From: Magallana gigas
Lineage: Eukaryota
Length of the DNA: 64,000 bases
Reading direction: 5' to 3'
Assembly: GCF_963853765.1 (NCBI RefSeq)
Contig: NC_088860.1
Location: 6,262,001-6,326,000, forward strand
How positions within the stretch are numbered: the stretch's first letter is position 1; the number at the start of each line of letters is the position of its first letter. The position numbers and the translations under genes were made by a program. The notes beneath the pieces were generated by a model. That model did not search any database. It was not told the DNA's origin and was given only the letters and a program-made list of their open reading frames with translations. Shown here piece by piece: positions 25,983 to 38,957 of the stretch.

Positions 25983-26978
25983 CCTGTTTTGGTAGAAATC
26001 TTACACACGGCGTTTACTCAATTTATACCGAATGCAGTGTGGTTAGGTTATTATCTATCTGTCTATAGATATAGATAGTCGGCTATTTTTTTAATGTCCC
26101 ATGTTCTTTTTTTATACATATTGTAATTAGCTCTTTTGTAAGTAATTAAGAATAAGAGCAGGATAGGTTTTGGTTAATGTGATCAAGAGAACTGGTTTTT
26201 GCCGGGGGTTTCTTTGGATAATTTTCTTCTATCAGGAAAAAAAATACAAGTCGTTTGGCTGATGTTTTGGGTGTTTTTGTACTTGCGTTTTCGTGTTAAT
26301 TAACAAATTTAATGGTTGCGTTATTAATCACTGGTCATAATGAGAATTTAACATCTAAAAACTGAGTATAGCTCGAGCTTGAAAGAGTTTTTATGGTTGT
26401 TTTTTGGGGTTTTTTTGGGTTTTTTTTTTGTTTTTGTTTTTTTTTTTATTTGTATTTTGGCATTTAAGATTATTGGATTTCAAAATGTTAATCTGTTATA
26501 AGTTGTATAGTGCACCTATCTAGAGTGGTATTTTAGGCAGTCCATACATACCCCCTTCATACCCCACACCCTAAAAAGTTCAGACCTTTAGATTTTTTTA
26601 TTATGATTACCAAAGATAAGCCTTGGACTCAACACTGCTACCCGCTACAAACAAAAAACTCCTTCAAAGGGATTCCTGGATATTCGCATGACTAGAAGCT
26701 AATTAACTTGTTTGTAATTATTGCTTGAACGTACAATTGGCAAAGAAATATTTTAAAGTACTTGAATTCAATTGTTATTATTTCCTGAATGTAAATTATG
26801 GGTGCGTTTTAATATGAATAAAATTATTGAAAAATGTATTTTGTTTTAGCTATCCAAAATCTAAAAGATTATACAAACGAGCTTTACTTTACACGATTAT
26901 GAATGTGTGCTTATAAAAACTTTATTGTTAATTACATATATGGCCTTTCGATCGCCTACAAAATCTGTCTGCCATTAA

Positions 26979-27148
26979 GGTGGTATAGGACACCTGTAGA
27001 TATAAATGTGGATAAAAGTATATTAAATAATCAAAATACTTTTATCGATTTAGAATTTTCAAATTTTACAGTCCATGACCAATTTTTTTTTTAATCATTT
27101 CGATACTCAAGGGAAGTACGTCATAACATGGAGGTGTCCCATACCACC
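26979..27148. mobile_element. Short TTAA-flanked TIR element (Kolobok-like MITE)
   Basis: TTAA|GGTGGTATAGGACACCT...AGGTGTCCCATACCACC|TTAA. Confidence 0.8.
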
Positions 27149-27335
27149 TTAATTGTAGGGAAGGTTCCTCAACTCTTGCCCTATTTCATTGCAATTATAT
27201 AAAAGAACAAATTCTCAACCAAAGAAAACTAAAATTTAAAATACTTAGTTATCACCTACATGTAAATAGGTCTTTTTCATTCTGTCATAACATTATTGAA
27301 AATTTTCCTGTTGCAATGAAGGTACATTTAATTAA

Positions 27336-28529
27336 GGTGGCTCTATACACCACTTTTTGATGACGCAGTACGCAAAAAAGTAAATCTGGAAACATGCATT
27401 TCCGGTACTGGCTGATTTAAACTGAGGTGAATTGTATGGGAACCGCTATTTTGAAAAATTTGTTAAATGGATAGATTTAATTTTATAATTGGAAAATTCA
27501 TTACTTACAAGTAATGTGGTATGTGACTCCTTCACGTTGTGTGGTATTATTTATCGAAATAAACAATAAAATCAAGTATAAATTTTTAAAGAGTTTTTTT
27601 AGCATCATCCTTATGTTACACCGTAGCGCAGTGGGTTAGTGGGTTCACTACAAACCAGTAGGTCATGAGTTCGATTCCCGCTGAGAACAATAAATTTTTT
27701 AACTTTCCAAAAATTTCTAAAACGTATTTTTTGGTTGAATACCGTGAAAAAAAATTCTAAACAGGTGAAAATATTTCAATTATAATATACTTTAATGCAC
27801 ATTAATATCGACACCTAACGGGGATGAGAGGGTTGCTTTGAATTTCTCTCAGGTTGGGATACATAAATCCTATGAGCCTAGTCAATGTTCCCCTTTATTT
27901 ATTTGACTTAGTTTTGCACTAAAGCGAATATATTCACTTATACAGGGCAAAGTCTATAATGAAATATGCATGTATTTATCATTCCAACATTATATTTAGG
28001 AAATTTTCTTCAACTCAGAAATGAAAAGTCCCCAAGGTGTTTGGGCCTTGGGACTTGGGAACGATAACCCTTACATGAGGAACTTTCATACCAAATAAAA
28101 TTTAAAATATTTTTTGTGTTTATTTGCAATTGTTTTCATTCAATTTTTTATTTCACATTTATTAAAATACATTTTCTTATAACATCAAGCAACTTTTTCA
28201 GATGATTTGTCAACAGAGTAAGAAAATATGAAAAAATATGTTTTGGGGAAATACTAAAAAGATTTGCAATAATAACATTTTTGAATGTTAAGAAGTGTTA
28301 TATTTTTTTTTATGTGTCCGAAGGAAATATCCATCATATGACAAAATAATTTCTCTCAATTAGTTGATAGCTGTCTTTTTAAAAAATATTTTACAAAAAC
28401 ACGAAAAAACATTAAAAAATTCTTTAAAAATACCTATAGTATCCCTATCGTCATTTTAATATTTGATAAGTATATGTTTTGTGGTCTTCTATTGAAAATT
28501 GGAATAAACTGTGGGTGTATAGAGCCACC
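27336..28529. mobile_element. TTAA-flanked TIR element containing a nested partial copy of the 3810 family, including a tRNA-like fragment at 27620-27686
   Basis: TTAA|GGTGGCTCTATACACC...GGTGTATAGAGCCACC|TTAA. Internal 27515-27820 aligns with 3810-4400. A-box TAGCGCAGTGG at 27624 and B-box GTTCGATTC at 27669. Confidence 0.75.
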
Positions 28530-29532
28530 TTAATAAGAAACAATATTAGTTCATTAAAATGCCCATTTAATATTTTCTATTCGTTACAATTAATGATGGT
28601 TATGTTTCGTCAGATTTAAAGGTAAATTGTGTTGGTCGAGGAAGTATGATTTGTATATTAAATTATTAAAAGTCATGTTTGACATTTATGATAATAATCA
28701 ATTTGGAAAATAAAGAAATGCATAGCAATACTGTTAACGAGTTGTTTTGTGATTATTTGTATTACATGATATATACATTCTACTATGTTTTTCCATAAAG
28801 TTTTGTGATCTTTAAATGCGTCCAAATGCAACAACCTAATAAATTTACAAGTAATTTACATAAGTACATGTAGTTCCAAAACATTGATTTCTATGTTATC
28901 GGTTTAAAAATATATTTCAAACATGTTGTCAAAACACCATTTTTTACAATTATTCAATAAGAAAGTTCATTTTGTTGTCAAAAGCAAAATTTCAAGAGTT
29001 ATTTTTCATGGATTATATTGTCATGCTCATCTCAACAGTGTATGGTTTTTATAAAACAGTTGTTCTTCCTGTTACTAATTTACTCTCTCCGTGATCTGCA
29101 ATTTGCGTCGATTTATTTCATAGATAATTGATTTCATCGGTGAGCGAATGTAAATATAAGCATCAAATGATAAATCACTGCTGTCGATTGAGCAGAAAAA
29201 TTATCATAAAGCGCTAACGCGCGTTATTCAATCTTTCTGCTCACCTGACGGCAGTTATTGACACGACGACATCAAAAATAAATCATTCAATGCTCTAATG
29301 GTTATATATGACGAATTATGAACTCTTTGGCAAAAACAATTAATGCCTTAATGGGATTTCTATTTATTTGTCATTTAATTTAAAGAAATGCTTCATTGTA
29401 CTCAAAGTTATTGCATAAAAAGCCATGCAGCTCCTTGTATAATCGGACAATTGATTTTAACTCGTACATGTAATCTAATGAGGAGGATAGCATAATTAAT
29501 CCGTAAGATTTTATTCTTAAACATTTAACTGT

Positions 29533-32500
29533 GAGCTCAAAACTCAAGTGAGCTTTTCTGATCAAATTTTGTCTGTCGTCCGTCTGTCAGTCTGTCCGTA
29601 AATTTTTCACATTTTTAACATCACAACCACTTGGTCAATTTCAAATTCAAAAACGAATTGGCACAAAGCATCCCTTGGCAAAGGGGATTCAAAATTAAGC
29701 CTTATGAGAAATTTTCAAAAATCTTCTTCTCAAGAACTATTTTTGGTCAGGAAAGCTAAAAACTGGGGCCCGTTTCTCAAAAAGGCGTAAATCTGGGCCT
29801 AAGTTAGTCCGACTAACGAAGTTACGCCAATATTTAGTCGGGTCTAAGTTGCGTTTCTGAAAGAGGCGTAAGTTAGGATTTAAATGTCGAAAAAACTTAG
29901 ACATCTCCACTGAGTACTAAGCATGCGCATATCGTATTTTGTTTTGCTTTGAGGGTATAATTATATGTGGTGGTTCAATTTTCCAATTCATACTACATGT
30001 AGTACCCGAAAGTACGCATGGTATACTTTACCACTGAATGTGCATAGTTCAAGTTGTTCATAACTTTTAATATTAATGAAAGTAGAACAAATGTTTATAC
30101 ACTTCATAACATAATGCAGTTTTAGAGACAAACAGTTGATATGAAAGCGGCATATATAAGAGGTTCCAGAAACCAAATATGTGACAATTAAATGCATTGT
30201 AGATGATATTGAGGCACACTCGTGCATATTAATTGAACGAAACAATACATAGAAATTAACTTCAATGTTCGTGTAAACTTCAAATATTTATAGAACACAG
30301 GGACAGGGTACAGTAGCTATGCCCCCATACGTCTGCAGAATGAGAAGTATGCTTCATATACACTGTCGATATTTAGACACTTTCAGATGCTGGGATAAGG
30401 CTTGATTCTTTTTCATCAATTCACTATATTATTTATAGAAAATAATATGACCATGTATATAACAGCAACCAACTGAAATCGAAAATATTTACTGTATAAA
30501 TAACATTACATGAACCTTGGTCCATCCTCTGTTCCAATATTGAAAGAATGTAGACAATGACATGAAAACGATTCTTGATTTTCTGCGATTCAAATGATAA
30601 TAGTTTTGAAAGATATTAATAGTCAACAATTAACAAGACAGGCTTTATCAACATTTGAGGCTGGGGTCCCCCCAACTCCCTTTCCTGTTTTTTTTGGTTT
30701 AATCGAGTGATTGTTTTGTTTTGGTTTTTACCGGGGGGGGGGGGGGGGGGGGGTTGAATGTAATATATACCATATACAGGGGAAAATTCGCCCCCGTTTA
30801 ATTTTCAATCATTTCACCCTCGTTGTCAGCGGGCGAATTTAAGACTTGTTGATTCTCAATATCTAATATTAAGTAACTTAAGTAACAGCTGTGACTGGGC
30901 GAATTCACGACAGAGCAAAACTGTATGCAAGTGTAGCAAGGCGGATATTACACAGGACGAAAATAACCCTGTATACAGTATCTTGATTAAAATAAAAATA
31001 TAAAAGCAGTTATCTAAGAACACCCTACCTATTTGAAGAAAGTTTTATAAATCAAATGTTTTAAAAGTTTAATGGAAAAGGCATCTTGAAAAATCCCCTT
31101 TCCCCCTCCGGATAAGACATTTTGAATCTCTGCTGTTTTAACAAGTGCATGTGAGTTTTACTTTTTTCCCTATCTGCTTTGGGTTATTGGGGTTGGGGTG
31201 TATAGAATTGTTTCTATAATAACTAAAGTATGACAAATGCAAGCTGGTTAAATTTGTAAATAATGCACACTGTTTTAAAACTACTAAAACAACGCTTTTG
31301 TATTGCAAGTCGACAACTTCGAAATAAAAAAAAACATCCCTTGGTATACATACATCTGAAATATGATGAAACAAAACTATCATGAATTCAAGTAATTAAA
31401 GATCAATTCAGGAAAATGAGTACAGATAAACAATCATATTAATATGCACGAAGATCATTGATAGTACATGTAAACCATACCTATTTTAAAAGAATTACGA
31501 TCGGTGTTAAATATGAACGCAATTGATGACTTCATCCTAGATTTAATAAGACTAGTTAATTTGATTTCCGAAAATTCATGGTGTGCATGTGAAATTTTAG
31601 AATCTTCGAGAACCCTGACAAACGCTTGTCAATAGATCTAAAATTGATGCACACTCTGCACGCTTCTAAAACATATTTTTAAGTAATATTTTAACAAACA
31701 AAAATTGATTGTATCTAAATGCAAGTTCATAAACATTCAAAATACATGTACAATATGTAGATTTCATACGGTTTTGTAAATATACTAGGAGTAAAAAATT
31801 GAAAATGAGAATGCGTACGTGTTGTAAAGTTGTAAGTAATATAGGTAAAGAACAAAGAACCAGACACAAGGAAAAAATACAACTGTAAACGTTTTGAGTT
31901 GCTCCTATTCATAATTTTTAAATTCAGTTTCGTTTCACGGGTTCAAATTTGATTAGAAACATTAAATTCTAGTTTATGCTTACTGAGTATTGATTTAAAA
32001 ATCAATAATCTATTCGTACTTATATACATCTATCTTGTTGGGGAATACTTGTTTAATTTAGAATTATAGCATCTTTTTAATTATTGTGTTTATATCATTT
32101 ATCGAGGTATACCCATTTTTCATACTTTAGGTAAATTTCATTAACAAGTAGTAATGTATATTACATATGTTTAATAAGGTGAGCCCATTATTTATCAACA
32201 ATAGGTATTTTTTAAAGTTATACGTACATGTACAAATATTAAAATAAATGTGTATGTTTTCCTTAAAAACACATTAAACAAACCAAAAAATAGACTTCTC
32301 TGTTTATTTTGCCTGAGAATCAAAACACTCGCCATTTTTGTGCACAGACTAAGTACTTACGCCTACCCATTAGCAGGCGTAGATTTAAACCCAAATTTAG
32401 TCCTGACTAAGTTTCCGCCTTTTTGTGAAACGCAACTTAGTCTGGTTTTGAGGTTTAGTCCCTGATTTAGTCCGGACTAAGCTTACGCCTGGACGTAGGC

Positions 32501-33160
32501 CTTTTTGAGAAACGGGCCCAGCTGGTGTGGAAGCATTTTCAGGTAGTGTAGATTAAAAATTGTGAAAATCGGGGCTAGGGTGGGGCCACGATGGCGGGGG
32601 GGGGGGGGGGGGGTCGAATTCTTTCATAGGAATTTACCACAGTATATCTTTAAAAATCTTCTTCTCAAAAAAACAATCAGCCAGGAAAGCTGTAACTTGT
32701 GCGGAGAAGCATCCTAATGTATGGTAGATTCAAGTCACCCGGGGTAGGGTGGGGCCACAACCGGGGGGCACTTTTTTACGTTAGAATATTTAGAGATAAA
32801 TCTTCGTATAAAAACAATTTCCCTAAAAAAGCTGTAACTGTAGAGAAAGCAACATCAGGAAATGTAGATCTAAATTTGTCAAAATCAAAATCTTGGGGAG
32901 TTGGGTTTGGGTACATTGAGGATCTAATTTAAAAAGGAAAACATTTTAACTGTTCACAAAAACTTAAATGTTATAATATATGGTTTTATTATATTGCTAT
33001 ATTGCTGATTCTTTTAAATTGTTTAGACTTTGGCCCTTGGATTATTCTTGGGCCTCACAACGGGTTCAGAGTTTGATGTTGGTTTATATCCCATCTATAA
33101 ACAATTATTTAGGATCTTTTTGAGAACTGCAGTGCTCAACATGTGATATGACTACAAAAT
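29533..33160 (+). mobile_element. Helentron/HINE-like element with Cg170-like satellite monomers, split by a nested insertion
   Basis: 5' GAGCTCAAAACTCAAGTGAGCTTTTCTGATC plus a GTCY tract. ~165-bp monomers (AAAATCTTCTTCTC...GGAAAGCT...GTGGAAGCAT...GTAGATT...GGGTGGGGCCAC) lie on both sides of the 29766-32519 insertion. The family name is from recall and the 3' end is approximate. Confidence 0.65.
29766..32519. mobile_element. Non-autonomous PIF/Harbinger-like element with long imperfect TIRs
   Basis: GGGCCCGTTTCTCAAAAAGGC / GCCTTTTTGAGAAACGGGCCC termini plus further inverted matches over ~180 bp. Host sequence resumes on both sides. No transposase ORF seen; TSD unclear (CTG/CAG-like). Confidence 0.7.
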
Positions 33161-33459
33161 CAACCTGATAGAAAAAGGGCTTGGTTATAAACACAAGATT
33201 ATCCAGGAGGAAATGGAGTTTTCTTTATACAGGATAAACATGTTTTATTCTACATTGTCCTGATATTTTGTATTATGTATATGCTTGGAAAATATGAACA
33301 ATATCTCTATAAAAGCACCTCATTGTGATATTTTATAACAACTTTCACGTACATGAATCTTGGAGACATAAAACATGTTTACTTTAAAATTTATTTCAGT
33401 GGAAATCATATAAATATCAATAAATAAATCTGTGAGTCCTGTGTAAACTTGTTGATTAT

Positions 33460-34174
33460 TTAGTAGACGTTCTTCTTTCCTGAAAAGAGGATAGGAACAG
33501 TTAAGATTTATCACGACAAATCAAAAAAGACAAATTTTGGCAGTTGATAGGGCTTATACAGAAAAAAACGTCGTAAAACTTTTTAAATTTTGGGTTTTTT
33601 TTACCATAAATAAGTTACATGAAGTACCTTTGTAGTTTGGTCTGTAACTGGGGTAACCACGGAATCCCCCTCGGATACCGCTAGCATAGATAGAACCGCC
33701 ACGTGGCCCCACGGCTCCTCCTCTAAATCCAGAATATCCATAGTTAGGTCCATATCCGCCATATCTAGCATATCCTCCAATTCCACCGCCGTATCCTCCG
33801 CCAAGCCCTCTACCATATCCTCCGTATCCGCCGCCATATCCGGGAGTGTATCCACCGCCATATCCTCCAATGTTACCTCCCATTGGATATCCAGCACTTC
33901 CGTATCCATATCTTACACCGCCAATTCCTCCACGGCCGGAGTAAGGGTTGTAGTACGCACCGCCGATTGCTCCTCTTCCGTATCCGGGACTTCCGTATCC
34001 GTATCCTCCGATGACCCCACTTCCGCCGTAAGGTCCCTGGATTCCGATGTATCCTCCTCTGTAGTAGTCATCATCGTCCCAATCGTTGTAGCCGCCCCAT
34101 CCGCCGCCGTAATACCCGGGGGTCGCTACTGCTACACCCAACAAGCAGCAAAGGAATATGATGGAGGAAGACAT
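33460..34174 (-). CDS. Secreted Gly/Tyr/Arg-rich shematrin-like protein with an acidic DWDDDDYY patch (188 aa). Coding exons 34174-33628 and 33479-33460
   Basis: Acceptor at 34189, signal peptide MSSSIIFLCCLLGVAVA, and GGY/GYG repeats. A phase-1 intron leads to the tail GKKNVY*. AATAAA at 33395-33390. Confidence 0.88.
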
Positions 34175-35128
34175 TGTGTTCTGCAGTTCTGAAAGATAAT
34201 TAACCTCGTTGTTATCATGCATATTATAAGTGATTCTTTCCAGTCGAGGTATTAAAATCTACCATCAGATGTATACTAAATTTGTCACACTTATCTCTAT
34301 TTATTTATCTTTTTTGGTATTTATTCATATTTATATCTATTTGATTCAAATATTCATATCTATTCATCATTTAGTTAATCTATTTATATATTTACATGTA
34401 TTTATTTATTTATCTATTTGTAACACTATTTCTTTATAATTACTTTTTTAATCAAAGGAATGAAATGTATAACGGCAAATGTTTATCTGGTTATTAACAT
34501 CGTGTTAATTGTCTTCACGAAGTGTTAATGGCCAAAACCCTGACCAATATATGCTCGGAAATACCGAATGCACAATCATAATCCATTACCAGCGACTAAA
34601 AAACGACAATTATTGCATGTCGGAATGTTAATTACACGGCCACAATTAATGCACGACACTGTCCGAACATGACCTTCTTTGTTGTGGTACATGTTTACCA
34701 TTGTTTGTACTTATCTAGTATCAAAGATACTAATTTATGATTACGGAAGATATTGAAATAAGATTTTTACCTAATACTGGTTTGATGATTTGTTTTTTTT
34801 TTCCATTTTGACAAGTATGCAAGTTATAAACTGCGTATACATCTTCTATACGGTAATTCCATAGCCGATTTATAATTTATGAATGACTTTTTAAAGAAAT
34901 ATAATATTTCTTAGAATAAAAAAGAAACAAACTCTTTCAGTGTATAAACATCAAAAAGTAAAACAAGGTTTTTTCCCTCAAAAGTCGATGGTTTATTTGT
35001 TCAATGGAATTTTGATTATCACCATAAATAGATATTGGGAAAATTAAATACGGTCTTATCGAAAATATATTTATACTAGAGTTGGTTTCCTATAGAATTT
35101 CCAATAGAACTGAGTTGTTGGTACGTAC

Positions 35129-35187
35129 CTTTCTTTCCAAGTTCTTTGGCCGTCTGCATAAAGTCCCGGTTTTGGCGCGCTTATATA
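35129..35187 (-). promoter_or_regulatory. TATA box and non-coding exon 1 of the 33460-34174 gene
   Basis: TATATAA at 35187-35181 and donor GAAAG|GTACGT at 35128. Confidence 0.6.
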
Positions 35188-36836
35188 GAGGGGGTCCGCT
35201 TTCGTTCCTTCCCCCGGTAACTTCTGATTGATGGGTAGGTCGTTAGTCTAATGATACAATACACCTGTTTTCTCGGATAAGATGGCGGGTCTCATTTGAC
35301 GGGCTCTAAAGTTTTTGACAGTTATATGACCTGCGCCATTATTATCAACAACTCGTAGTACTTAGAGCATAGTGGCCATGTCAACTGACCGCTAGTTTTA
35401 TGTTGTTACATTATGACAATAATTGTTTTTAGAAATAGTAATGTTTTCTTAATTATTATCTAAATTGTGAAAAATGTAATATCGCTTCTTATAGACGTTA
35501 CAACTAGAGAACATGCACAATAATGCATTTTTTATATAATCTAATTAGCTTATCTTTTGTTCTCCACATTTTGTACATGGTATGGGTCATCATTTGGAGA
35601 AAGAACACTGAAAAGAAACGATATGTAAATAAATCATAAGGACGAGGTATACTCGTGAATTGCCGGATTATCAATTGAAAAAAAAGTTCTAAATAAATAA
35701 TATTAGCCAGCTAGTGATAGGCTGTGCTATACCAATACCAAGCAAAGGTAAGCCTATCAAAACAACATCGTCCTTTTTTAAACAATATTTTTTCACTAAT
35801 GTGAACGTGAATCTACAGCATGCAGTTATCCCTTGAGTTAATGAAGCAGCGTCCAACATTGAAAGCGATTTTGTCTAATTTGATAGACAATTATTAGTTT
35901 TTATGTGTTAAAAGCAAATGCCATTCTAATTTTTATTTTTTATTTTTAATGCATACATACGTTTGTGTTACTCAATGCTTGGCGTGTTGTTTTTTGGTTG
36001 TTGTTGTTGGTTGGGTTTTTTGTGTTATTCTTTTTTAAATGAAAATAAACACGGAAGCCTAAATACGAAGCTTTGTTTACTCATGTTTGCATTTTAGCCG
36101 GAAGAAAAAAACACTTTTTGGATCATTCAAGGGCAAGACAAACATGTAAAGCACACCAATGACCATCCAACGTCATTGCAACAAAATTACAAATCAAACA
36201 ATCCCGTCAGTCTCACATCTAGGACGGGGCCCAGGCCGCGGGCACATGATTGAAAATATCAATAATTTTAATAGCAATGAACTTAAAGAGAACACTGTTG
36301 TTCGTAAACTATAAATGGTGATTGAATGCACACTTAAAAAATTGCAGAAAAGTTACGGGGGGTTGGGGGGAGGGGGTTGTCATCAATATTTCTCATGAAC
36401 ATTGTTTTGTTGAAAGGTGCATTTCGTACACTTTACTTTATTTGTTCACTTGATGGATCAATATTTGTTACCTATCAATCAATTTTCCGTTGGATATCTA
36501 TTCTTGATATATATATAGTTATTTTATCCATCATAGCAAATACACACATAACATATTATAGATAATATAATTAACGCTCATGTAAAATCAGTCAAAAGTC
36601 GAACAAACAATACTAAGTTAACGACACTAATAGCGCTTATTTGCTTTGTATTATAACATTAAAGAGCATTTTGTAATCTTTTTATTCAGTTTAGTACAAA
36701 GAAATACTGTCAATAATTATTGATGATCTGTGTCAATATTTCTTATATTTATCACCCTGCTTACAGGAAATATTTCATGTCTCAGGAAATTAATTACCAA
36801 TTACCACCCCCCACTCTCCCTTCCCTCCCCCACTCA

Positions 36837-36837
<1 letters not shown>

Positions 36838-36902
<65 letters not shown>
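36838..36902. repeat. (CT)n microsatellite
   Basis: Pure CT run. Confidence 0.95.
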
Positions 36903-36906
<4 letters not shown>

Positions 36907-38706
36907 CGCTCTCTCCAAAGGTCGAGGGGTCCTAACTGTTCTAACCCACTTTCAATTACTTTCAGGAAGGTTGCTACATTTCTGTTTATTATCATTCTAA
37001 ATTCGAGGGAGGGGGTGTGTCTCCAGTAAAATAGAGTTCCTTTTTATCTCTTTCGAAACTCTGTCGAGTCGACATTATAACTCATCAGTATGGCACCCTG
37101 GATCTTCCTTACGAAAGCATCAAATCTCAAAACAAGAGGATCAAGTGTAACTAACTTTACATGTATGTGCGTATTTCCGGGTAACAAGCGAACTCCATGG
37201 GAAAGACCCGCCGTCGGCGTGAGATTGTGGCCTCTCTACACACAGCCATCATGTCGAGATGTCATGACCATTCATCCCGGACTTTGTGTCCTTCTGTGAT
37301 GAATTTTCAGGAAAGCAATGAATATACATCACTTATGCATAAATTTCCTCGTACAGTGCGTTTCCTTACCATAGTAACCAATAGCCATTCTATGCGTATC
37401 CTCAATTTGAGGTTCTGTGGTCGTAGTTTGATAGGGATTACATAAATCTATATTATATTTAGAATTCTATGATTTATTCAAATAGATTCTAATCTGACGA
37501 CCAACATCAAAATCCCATATTCAAAACAAGATGTTGTTGACTCATTTGGTCAGTGACGTCTCACAACTGTAACTTTACCAAATAAATCTTCTTATATTTA
37601 CAGTTAAACAGTTTAGATATTGCATCAACATGAGCTATGCTATTTCCCAATCTTGAATATGGTATTGGTAGTACCAGTTACAAGAATTATCACATGACAA
37701 AACAAAACAGATACATGTACATGGAAGGTGTAAAATTTGTTCTCTCGGTTTCTTATTTTTAGCCTTTTTACTCAACTATTGCGTTATCAAACAATATGCA
37801 ATTAAATAAATAACTTAATGAATTTAAAAATGACAGAACACAAATAAAAACAAAATCACATTTATTTCAAAGATTGCAGAGTTTTCTGGTTATCACAAAT
37901 CCTAAAGAATCAAAAGGTGCCAGGATTGGATAAAACTTGACATTCCACAGAAAGTCTGTAAATTATTCTGATTTTACGGAATATTCGCCATACATGTATG
38001 TTAATATGGTATCAGATAGTCATCAATACAACCTCTTACATGCATTACATTCTAAAATCTGGCATAAATGTAAAATTATTGTTTCAATAGCCTTATTACC
38101 ATTATTGTTATGCACCTTTAATAGCAAAGGTTTTTATCTCTTATAATTTCAGAATTCAATACATGCAGATATATATAATTATTAAAAGAATCAAGATTAC
38201 ACTATTTTCTCAAAGTTGCATTGCATTCATGTTGGACAGAAAATAATGGAAATAAGAATAAAATAATTGTCAATTAAACCATTGGGTTGTCTTAAAATAA
38301 TTTCTAAATTATATGTGTAGTTATACGAGAAGTGAGTCAATCTAATCTAAGTCAAGACCTAGATGTCCCTCTCTATTTGCTCAAATGGTCTAAGAATGAA
38401 ATCATTACAAAATGAACTGGTTACAGAAACACTGATGAAAGACCTACATAACAACACAAGTAAGAAATTCAGAATAATGTGTCTTGTCCAATAACTATCC
38501 AAAATTCTTTATTTGATCTGTGTTCATTAAAATGAATATTTCTAAAAGATTGATTAGAAAGACACATTATTTACTGCATTTGAATTCATCATCTCTTCAC
38601 ACCAACACGTCACAATAAAATTTCACAACTTACATTTTACCAAATTTCCATTCAAAACTCACTTTGTCTCTATTCTATATGATTTCTATAATTATATTAA
38701 TCATAC

Positions 38707-38710
<4 letters not shown>

Positions 38711-38752
<42 letters not shown>

Positions 38753-38784
38753 AGTTTTCTTCAGTCTTTCAATAGTTCAAAGAG

Positions 38785-38827
<43 letters not shown>

Positions 38828-38862
38828 AGTTTTCTTCAGTCTTTCAATAGTTCAAAGAGTCT
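38711..38862. repeat. Two tandem copies of (CT)n + GAAAGTTTTCTTCAGTCTTTCAATAGTTCAAAGAGTCTT, just downstream of the SECIS
   Basis: Direct reading of the sequence. Confidence 0.9.
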
Positions 38863-38957
38863 TTATCACACATACATGTAGTACATTGTTGTATAAGACA
38901 TGAAAGTCATCAGATAAGACATCACTACTGATTGGTTAACACTTATAGAAGGCGGCC

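Noticed and set aside
24660-25995. Plus-strand ORFs 24660-24842, 24846-25079 and 25759-25995
   Set aside because: Antisense shadows of the minus-strand secreted-protein exons.
27620-27686. Possible tRNA gene
   Set aside because: A and B boxes are present, but there is no acceptor stem or clean anticodon arm, and it is embedded in a repeat. Treated as a tRNA-derived fragment.
36720-37029. ORFs containing SLSLSL runs (also 38664-38903)
   Set aside because: Translations of (CT)n microsatellites.
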